Assembly: GCA_964057225.1 (NCBI GenBank)
Contig: OZ059898.1
Span: forward strand, 6,634,001-6,698,000
Source: Auanema rhodensis
Taxonomy: Eukaryota; Animalia; Nematoda
Length of the DNA stretch: 64,000 nt
Direction: 5' to 3'
In this document: positions 54,643 to 64,000 of the stretch, piece by piece
Position numbering within the stretch: position 1 is the first letter of the stretch
How the letters are laid out: the number at the start of each line of letters is the position of its first letter
Position numbers and translations under genes: made by a program
The notes under the pieces: generated by a model
Seen by the model: the letters and a program-made list of their open reading frames with translations, nothing else
Database searches by the model: none
What the model was told of the DNA's origin: nothing

Positions 54643-56271
54643 CTCTCTCTCTTACATTTTGGTAGCATCTAGGCTTTCATGAATTATAATTCTTTTTCTG
54701 CCGTTTTAGTTTTCTCCATGACAACGACGATGTCTTCGTGGGAAGAAAGTTACTGAAACTGATCTGTGGATGAAATAAAAGGGAAAATGTAGATGATGTT
54801 AATAGAAATGAATAGAAATATCATTTATAAAGATTTATAAAGAGGGAATAATTTAAATACAAATCAAAGAATAATATCCCATCTTTTTTCTTTTTTTTTT
54901 CAAAACATTTTAAACGGATTATGAGGAAGTTTGTTGATTTTTTGGAAATTTTTTGTAATCAATGATTGCTTTAATAATTATTTTCAAAAACTAAATATAT
55001 ATCTATATCTATATCTATCTATATCTATATATATAATTATTTATATACTATGATGTATGAATTAGAAGAAAATTCCTCGTTTCATTATACTTCCTACTTT
55101 TGATAATTCAATTCTTCAATTATTAAATATAATTAATATACATATACTATAGTAACTATATGAACATATATATATATATATAAAGCTAATTAAATTTTTT
55201 CCTAAAATTGATAACTTTTAGAGAAATCTTTGATGTTTTTCATTAACTCAAATAAATTTCAAATATAAGTAATATCTATCTCATTTAGATATTTGTATCT
55301 AATTTATATAATCTGATTACTATATATGTATAAATGGTTTGAATTGTCTCGATATTATTATTTCCGATTAAATTTCATATTTATTAATAATCTATTTAAA
55401 TTCAAAGCTAACATGTTTGATACTTCATAAGCTTCTGATAATATGAACAAAATTCAAAATGACGATTACTATTGTGAGATGAGGGAGTTAGATAGCAGGA
55501 TAGTTGAAATTATAAAAATGAAGGGAAACATCGAAACATACATCGAGTAATGACAGCTGATTAAATTTTATTTAATTGTTATATTTACAATGCCAATTAT
55601 ACAAATCTTTGGCTTTTATTTTAATTTTTTAAAAAAAATAAATAATATTTTGTTTTTTTTTTAGAAAAAAATTATTTTTTAAATTAGAAAAATATAAAGG
55701 AGAGAGAAATAAATAGAGAGAAAATGGATAGATAGATAGAGAGAGAGAGGGAGAGTGAGAGGGAGAGGGATAGTGAGAGGGAGAGGGAGAGAGAGAGAGA
55801 GAGAGAGAGAGGAAGTTACAAAAAAAATAAATTGTTGTTAAACAAATTATATATTTATAGGTTGGTTATTGTTAGCTGATATCTACATAATTCAAAATAA
55901 ACCAGAACAATCTGGAAATATATTGAAAACAGTTTTATCAAAGAATAAATGTAGTTTAAAAGCTTATGAATTAATGGGTTATTTAAATGAAAAAGAAGGA
56001 AAATTCATGGATGCAGCAGAATATTATGAAACTGCATGGAAACTTAGCTCCAAAAATAATCCAATCGTTGGTAAGATTCTTATATAATTTTAAAATAATT
56101 TTAATTAAAATATATTTCTTTATAGGTTATAAGTTGGCATATAATTTCTTAAAATGTCGAAGACTTTTTGAATGTTTAGAAGTATGTCGACATGTACTTG
56201 ATAAATATCCAACATATCCTCGAATTAAAAAAGAAATTATGGATAAAGCAAGAATGCAATTAAGATCTTAA
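38818..56271 (+). CDS. ift-139: Intraflagellar transport complex A subunit IFT139/TTC21B (TPR repeats)
   Basis: TTTTCAG/ATG 38818; many TPR exons; [31 protein letters not shown]; [12 protein letters not shown]; [10 protein letters not shown]...[25 protein letters not shown]. Large introns 41388-43559, 45240-49502, 51768-55860. Confidence 0.93.
41481..43181 (-). CDS. smg-9: NMD factor SMG-9, nested antisense in an ift-139 intron
   Basis: [24 protein letters not shown] (P-loop), [39 protein letters not shown]; complete ATG-to-TAG model inside intron 41388-43559. Confidence 0.9.
46773..46838 (-). ncRNA. pre-miRNA hairpin, mir-63/64 family; predicted 5p UAUGACACAAUACGCGAUUGUU (46833->46812)
   Basis: ~66-nt hairpin; G-U wobbles favour the minus strand; seed AUGACAC. 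Confidence 0.75.
46927..46992 (-). ncRNA. pre-miRNA hairpin, mir-63/64 family; predicted 5p UAUGACACAAAGCGAACCAUCA (46987->46966)
   Basis: Near-perfect stem (ATGACACAA/TTGTGTCAT, CGAATCATCAT/ATGATGGTTCG); paralogous to the hairpin at 47730. Confidence 0.8.
47544..47618 (-). ncRNA. pre-miRNA hairpin, mir-63/64 family; predicted 5p UAUGACACUAAAGCGAAGCAUC (47609->47588)
   Basis: CATGCCGT...ACGGCATG basal stem and GAAGCATCAG/CTGATGCTTC upper stem; first 15 nt differ by one base from recalled cel-miR-64/65 UAUGACACUGAAGCG. Confidence 0.85.
47730..47798 (-). ncRNA. pre-miRNA hairpin, mir-63/64 family; predicted 5p UAUGACACAAAAGCGAGCCAUC (47792->47771)
   Basis: ~69-nt hairpin TTCGTG...TACGAA; same seed; close paralog of 46927-46992. 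Confidence 0.8.
48786..48793 (-). promoter_or_regulatory. Candidate TATA box for the antisense pri-miRNA
   Basis: TATATAAG on minus strand ~1 kb upstream of the first hairpin, in a locally GC-richer segment; a second TATATAAA on minus at ~48552-48559. Confidence 0.45.
53092..53121. repeat. (GA)n microsatellite
   Basis: Direct reading. Confidence 0.9.
53638..53704 (+). ncRNA. pre-miRNA hairpin, mir-63/64 family, sense to host; predicted 5p UAUGACACUUAUGCAAUUAAAG (53643-53664)
   Basis: CAAGATATGACACTT pairs with AAGTGTTATGTCTTG using G-U wobbles valid on + strand; TGCAAT/ATTGCA and AAGATC/GATCTT upper stem. Confidence 0.78.
54545..54652. repeat. Interrupted (CT)n microsatellite
   Basis: Direct reading. 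Confidence 0.92.
55739..55812. repeat. Interrupted (GA)n/polypurine tract
   Basis: Direct reading. Confidence 0.9.
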
Positions 56272-57038
56272 TTTTTATAAAACATATATATTGTATTATT
56301 TGAATTTAATTTATATTTATTATATAAAATATATTTATTTATATTGATATATCTTATGTATTATCACATAAATCCATAATATTTAGAAATTCTAATATAG
56401 TTTGCAGTTTTATATAACATTATATTTTTAATTTAAATTATAAAATAATCACCTGGTTAAGAAAAGAAAAAAAGATAATTACGTTTTCATAAGTTATAAG
56501 CATTTTTGCATCTTCTCATGAATTAGATGTTCAATTTTTCAAATATAATATCTTCAATAAAGTTATTGATAAGATATATCTTTAGATATTTGCATCATAA
56601 AAGGTTGGAAAAGATTGATTTATGCTTAAGATCAGTAAGCGTTGATGAAATTGGTATATGAGAAGATGATGAAAATCATGAAAATCCACAAAGGACAAAG
56701 GTTAAAACTGAAAATAATGTGAAACATAGTTGAAAGGAATACGCTTATTATCCGAGAAGAAATCCTAATTATTTGAAGTTTTAAATTTCTTTTTCTATTC
56801 TTAACTGATTGAAAAAAGATTTCCAAATATGAATATTTGAGATTTTAAGAGATTTTCGATTTAGAAAACTTGGAACAACTTAGTACAATGTATTCATACA
56901 TTGAATAGGAGCCTGTATCAGATTAATTTTATTTTTTCTTCTAATTAATTTAATTAAATATATATATATATATATATATATATTTATTTATTTAAAAATT
57001 TTATATATAAATAATACATAAACAATCTTTTGTTTTTT

Positions 57039-60000
57039 TTAAAAATCATAAGAGAGGCCAGATCGTCTAATTTCCCGGGTGATTTCCATATGTGGTGAGC
57101 TAGTAGCATATTCAAATCTAAAAATAGAAATATAATTATAAAGAAAATGATATAATATTAAAATATTTACCTATATCTATCAGCAAATGATTCTTCTATT
57201 GGTGTTAATACAGATTTTCCAGATGTTTCGTCAAGTAAAGCTTCGTCTGGATTACAAGTTGGTATCTGAATAAAAATATTTATATTATATATATAATTAT
57301 AATTATAATACTTGTGATCCTTGTATAGAATAATGACTGAATGTTATAGTATCATCTAAAGCTAAATCTTCTGCTTGATCTTCACTAATAACAGTTAATT
57401 TTCGATTAGAAGACGATCTAATAAGATTAATATAAAACTATTAGTTAACTATATGATATAGTATATTACCGCGAGTTATTATCAGTCATTTTTTGTTCCA
57501 AATATTGTCTTGTTTCATCTATTACACTATATTTACCACTTATATCACTATATAAAATAATATTTTAAACTAATTATATAATATAATATACCTAATATTA
57601 GTTGATTCTATATGATCGCTTGATATTGAAGATGGTATATCATAATCTAATTGAATTCTAAATTAATTAATTTTATTTTAATTTACAAAAAAAATTATAA
57701 AAACCTTTTAGAAATTATAGTTTTTTGCAATTCTTCCAACATATCGTTATTACTTGGATCAGGTGGTGGTGGAGGTGGGGGTGCAAATGTTGGCAATGTT
57801 TTTAAATTATTTTCCAGACTTAAATAGGAAAAAAAAAGTTAATTATATATATATAGTTAATATTACCCTATTTCATTAGCTAATATTCGATTATATAACT
57901 GTCGTCCTGATGAAAATCCTTCATCATCATCTTTTGTATAACGATAAGATGATTGTCTAAGAATAAAATTATATAAATTTTGAAAAAAACAAAAATATAA
58001 AATTACATTTCAGTTTTAGTTGTTTCTGAATCAATGCTCTTATCTATTAGATGAAGCTTCATCAAATCACCAGAAATTTTATTCGATTCTATCTTATGGT
58101 CATACTTATTTGGATTAATCTCTGCTGATGATGGTGGACTATGAAAAACTTGTTCAGGCTTCTTAAGCCTTACAACTGTGATGCTAGAATTTCCATTATA
58201 ATCAGATGCTTGTAAACAATCCTAAATCATATAAAATTCAAATTGATATGAATAATATTTCAAACCTGTAATCGTTTTGATGCTACTTGAGGATTTAATG
58301 AACGACAAACATTATCCAAAATATCTGATAAGGTTAAATTATCCCATAAAGCTCGACTAGCCAATACTATATAATCAATATTTGCTTAAAATAAATAAAT
58401 CTAACTAATCAGTTAATATATAAACTAACATATAGGTATTGAATGAAAATCAGGATCAGGTACAACAGCTGGATGAAGATAGTACAAACCTAATTGACGA
58501 GCATAAGGAGTTAAGCCATTAATCAGATTATTCTGAAATATATATTATAAAATATTTCTTAATTACATGAATATATACTTCATCAAGAATATGTCCTCGA
58601 CGTCTTATTTCAATATAATCATGATCATCTATTTCATTATTTAAATATAATTGAATATTATTATCATTTGATATAGTAGCTAATCCAATACCACCAGCAT
58701 TACATACTTCTAAATGTTTTTGTCCCAAACGAAGTATCATAGAGCCTTAATTATTATTATTATTATTTATTTTTTTATAAATATATTACTTGCTCCAAGT
58801 CTTTCAGCTTGTTCACCAAGTTTTATATGAGTATTGATCATAAGCTTGTTTAAATCAATATTTTCCTAAAATAAATTAATAAAATAATTATATATATAGA
58901 TAGATAGATAGATTACTAACATCTAATTCTATTATTTCTAACATTAGTTTGATAATATCTTTTGGTAATTCATAATTAGTTCCACCATCTACTAATCCTA
59001 ATATATTTCCGTGACGTAATCGTCTTATACATAATCTATTATATATGTATATTTATAATTAAAATAAAATAATATAAAACCTATTCTTGGTACCAGTTGT
59101 TTCAGCAAATCCAACTTGAATTTGTTCATCTTCTCCTCCAATATTTACAAGTGATACATGCTTTCTTTTATGTCTATTAATATAATATTAATAATTATAT
59201 AGTTTAATATAAATTATCTATTATTATATTTTAATATTTCTTAAATTATCTTTCTAACTTACCGTAATGTTCCACCATCAACTTGCAGACCCGAATTGCA
59301 TGTGACATCAAGAAAACGTAAATTTGTAGCTGTGGTAAATGATGGATGAAATTGATTAATATTATTATTTGATAAATCCACTAACTATAATATATAATTA
59401 TAAAATAATTAATATATAGATATAAATATATATTTTAATACTTGAAGTGTTAAAGATGATGAAAGATCAGGCATTTTTTGAACTTGATTTGAATGAGCTC
59501 GTAGTGTTGTTAATGCACAAAGTTGTGGAATTGATGTTGGTATTGCAGTTAAATGATTACTACTTATATTAATTTCTTCAAGAAGTGTTAAACTAGTTAA
59601 AGCACTATAATTAATTAATTAATATATAATATATAATATTAATAACTACCTATCATCAAAATATCGTAATCGATTATTACTTAAATCTAAAATCTTAAGT
59701 CTTTTCATAGATACAACAGTTGGAACTATTGTTTCATCCAATTGATTTGATGATAATCGAAGAATTTGTATACGATTTGAATCAACATGTAAACTTGTAG
59801 ATGGTATAGATGTTAAATGATTATTTGAAGCATTAAAATGACGAAGTCTTAATTATATTAAAATTATAATTAATTATATTTAATATAATAAAACCTTTTC
59901 ATTGATTTAAACATCATTAATGGTAAATGATCTAAATTATTATGTTGAATAAAGAATGAATCTAAAGATGAATCTTCAAATTCAGTTGGTAATACTGATA

Positions 60001-63000
60001 TATGATTATTTTGAACAGCAAGTAATCGTAAATTTGGCATACAGAATATTCTAAAATAATATAATAATTATAATATTTTAATAAATTATATAGTTAACCC
60101 TTTTGGTAATGATAATAGACGATTATGATGAACTTTTAATGAATAAAGTTGTTGTAAATCAGCTAACCAATCAGGTAATTGCTCTAATTGATTATAACTT
60201 ATGTTTAATGTTTGCAAACATGATGGTATTGGCATTATAACTATTGTATCTAATACTAAAATTATAATTAAATTAATATTAATTATTAAAATTATTAATT
60301 TATCTTACGATTATGATCAGCTTGAAGATTTAATAATGATTGACCATTTAAATATAAAGCTGTAAGTTGCAAACGAGAACAGAAAAATGTCTAAAAAAAG
60401 ACAAAAATAGGTAACTATATATATAATTATATGAAAATAACCTGTAAAGCTGGTAGATTTGTTAAATATATAGCTGAGATCTGATGATTATCACGCAAAT
60501 CAACATAAGATAGATTACTGTATTTGCCTGTTGGTAAACGAAATGTACTATCAAGATTATTCCTTGATAAATCAAGCTATAAATAGTAAATATAATAAAT
60601 ATAATAATAATAATAAAGAAAACCTTTTCAATAATATCTAAAACATCATAGTATGTATCAATATGTTCTATTAAATTTCCTGATAATAACCAATTTGTAA
60701 TATTATTCATTCGAGTTAATACAAATGGAATCTATAATAATAATAATTAATATAAATATAAATAATAACAAACCCCAGAAAACATATTAAATGATAAATT
60801 TAAATGATTTAGTTTTAAACATTCTGCTAAAGATATTGGTAATGTTGATAAACGATTATTTGATAAATCAATGTAGTTTAGGCTGAAATTATAAAATTTT
60901 ATTAGAAATATTGAAAAATTGTATAAACTTTGTCATTAATTTGATTTGAGATGGTATTGATGATATTGAATTAGATGATAAGTTCAAATGAATTAAATTT
61001 GGTAATTGGGTTATAGCTTCTGGAAATGACGACATGCGATTTGCGGATATATCCAGAAACGTTAATGAATGAAGTCTTGGAAGATCATTTAAATATCCTA
61101 ATTGTGGTACTATCTGTATAAATTATAATAAAATATATTAACTATATACTAACTATACCGTATGAATATCATCTCTATTATTTGCTGTTGATAATGAATT
61201 TCGACGTAAATTTAATTTTTGAAGTTGACCACAACCAACAGAAAATAATGTTTCAGGTAGTAATGTAAGACGTTGATCACTTAGATCAATGATATTACTT
61301 TGTACACTCTATATACATATAGTAAACTGATAATTAATATAATAAACTAACTTGTTGACTTCGTGTTAACCATAATAATAATGTTTCTTGATCATCAAAG
61401 CAAAATAATGTGAATGAACCACTTCCAGAAACATCACTAACACGTAAGCAACGTCCACGACGAACATCATGTAAATCAACACGTAAACGATTTAAATGAA
61501 GTACATCATCTTCACCAGTATCTTTATATAAATATATAATAATATTATATTATAGTTAATATAATATACCTTTTTGTATACGTATAGTACCATTATATAA
61601 AATACATTTATAACGATGCCATTTATGAAGTACAGTACCTCTTCTTACATAACATTCAGCAAGTAATATTTCTGAACGTATAAGGCTTGAACCATTAAGA
61701 ATAGGACGACCTATAATATATATATTAAATTATATTAAAAATATATAATTGTATTATACCAAGAAAGAAAGCTATAATACTTCTTAAATCATTATCAGCT
61801 CCAAAATTGCGTAACTCAACATCACGAATACCAATAGCATTAATATGATCCACAAAAATTAGTAATGGATGTGCATCAGGTGGAAGACATCTATAAAATT
61901 ATTTTTAATTCCATATATATATATAGTAAACTTCTAATCATATATTAAGGTATTGAGTAATTTTAAATTATTCACGTGAGTTGAATACATTCACGCTTTT
62001 CACGTGATTCACGTAATTAGCTATTTAAATTAAAATGAAAGAATATGAACGGTTGTTGTTCCATTTATCAAAGTTTAAAGCATTTTATTGTTTTTGTTAA
62101 ACTTAATTTCATAAAGTTGGTAATGAATAAAGAAAATTAATCCAACTTTATAATAAAACATGATCGTACAGGTTAAAATGGTATGTTTTCTTATGTTTTT
62201 TTAAAGAAAAAGAAATCCGGTTTGTCTTTTATTATAGGTTTCCGAAATCATTTTTTGCTTTATATTGTATAATTAGCATTGACTAGGAAGTAATATTATT
62301 TTTTTATATTCAAAATCTCTATAGATTCTCGATTGATGAATACTCTCATTTGAACTTTTTTTTTTGGATTTTACTTTAACCTTTGAAAATATGCATATTA
62401 TATGTGAATATATGAGTGAAAGAAAAGAAAAATAGGATGAAGGAAGATTTTGTAGAATAGGACATTCGATTCGTTGAGAGCGTCCAAAAGGACTAATTAC
62501 TTCTCTGCGCACATCTCGCCTTGTATTTTAGGTTTCTACACGTGTATGATGATGATGATGATGGCATGACTTGTATAAAGGTTAAAAAGAATGATCTATA
62601 GATAGAATAACTATATAATTATTGAAAACTATAAATACTATATGTATATATAACCTAATAAATCCAATAATAATGTTTGAATGCATCTTGTTTGTATGAT
62701 GATGATGATAATTGTGAATAGGGAGGTAGGAGTGTGGATAACGTAAATAAGGATAAATACATGTTTTTTTGTTGAGTAAATTATATTAAAATTCTAACCT
62801 TATATGAAAATTTCCAGTTTGTACATAAACTGCATCAACTTTATAATTATCAGATATTTGTTGACATGTTGTATCACGACTTATACTTGCAACAGTACTA
62901 CGATCTCCTTCAGCTGAATATAATCGCAATGAACATAATTGCTTATTAGATATAACAGGAGGTCGTATAGTTGATTTCTAATAAATATAATAGTTAATAT

Positions 63001-63094
63001 AGTTAATATATAATTAATATATTACCTGGCTTACATATTTTCTTTGGTATGTTAGACCAGATGCTGTATTATTTGAATTAGATCTGTTGATCAT
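57039..63094 (-). CDS. phlp-2: PHLPP (RA-like + PH + LRR + PP2C-like domain)
   Basis: ATG 63094; LRLYSAEG..., PH segment HKWHRYKCILYNG...LLLWL, many LxxLxLxxNxLxxLP repeats, PP2C-like LGLVDGG, NAG, AVVPDPD, IVLASRALWD; ends SGLSYDF*. Confidence 0.9.
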
Positions 63095-64000
63095 TTCATT
63101 TCCACTTTCTTATAATTATAAATTGTTATTCAGTAACTAAAATAAAAATAATTTAATTTATATAATATATAAATTAATAAGATTATAAGATTATAAATAA
63201 AAAATAGTTTGTATGAATACTAGAGAGGTATAGATTGAAGGTGAGATGACTAGGGAGAGGTAATGCTAGAATAGGTTGGTTAGGATAGTTGGGGAGAGCA
63301 GGTCCATAATTGACCATAATAAGCGATGCGTGTTCATCTTTCTCTTCTTACTCTTTCTCTCTATTTCTCTCACCTCATACTCATTTTCTCTTTTGACCAT
63401 CATCAGGCCTTTTCTCTACCTACAGCTAGATACCTCTTTCAACTGACTGTCAGAAGGTCAGCCAAACTTCCCTTCTCCACTAGGTTTCGATGTAGTATGT
63501 TCATTGGGACCATTTCTGAGATTTAAAAGTTTTTTCAATGAAAATAAAAAAATGTTGAAGTTAAGTATAAGAAAGAATATAATTATAAAAATAAAATAAA
63601 AAAGAAATATCTTTGATTATATAATATTCGTTTATTTTCTTATTAAAATTATATTTTAAACTGTTAAATAGAAGGAATAAGAATGAATCTGATATCTCTG
63701 GATATACATATACATGTTTTAGATATAATTTTATAACTTTTTAAGAAATTATAAAAAGAAAAGTTGATAATAAAGTAATGTAGTATACAATATATTATTA
63801 AATATATGTATATATTTACTTATACATATCTATTCTTCTATATATAATTTATGTTTTTTTTCTTTTATGTGTTAAAACAATTTCAGAAAATTGTTGGAAC
63901 TGCAAAGAAGACGATAAAGATGTGAAAACGAGCCTTACAGGCGTGGCTTTTAGCTTCAAAAAAGTGGTCGTACCAACGGATTTTCTTTGATACGCTTTAG

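Noticed and set aside
1-64000. Transposase/RT ORFs, CRISPR arrays, rRNA
   Set aside because: None recognisable; the sequence is eukaryotic and no long ORF or long terminal-repeat pair was seen.

Overview
AT-rich genomic DNA from a nematode, probably a clade V rhabditid, with dense short introns (mostly ~40-55 nt), so the ORF track is fragmentary and gene models were assembled by hand. Gene order: 5' end of glr-2 (-); cuticle collagen (+); two tandem geminin-family genes (-); a 72-aa G-protein gamma subunit missing from the ORF track (-); two tandem paralogs built from a basic 'AEAARxRYxRMTPEERRxYN' repeat (+); gly-11 GalNAc-transferase (+); an srsx-like 7TM receptor (-); FTSJ1/Trm7 methyltransferase (+); a BTB/T1 + CRIB adaptor (+); ift-139/TTC21B (+, X-box promoter); and PHLPP/phlp-2 (-). 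The most striking locus is ift-139, whose introns host the entire smg-9 gene in antisense, four antisense pre-miRNA hairpins plus one sense hairpin that all start UAUGACAC (mir-63/64/65 family seed), and a long folded element. Homolog names come from recalled sequences, not from a database search, and folds were paired by eye.
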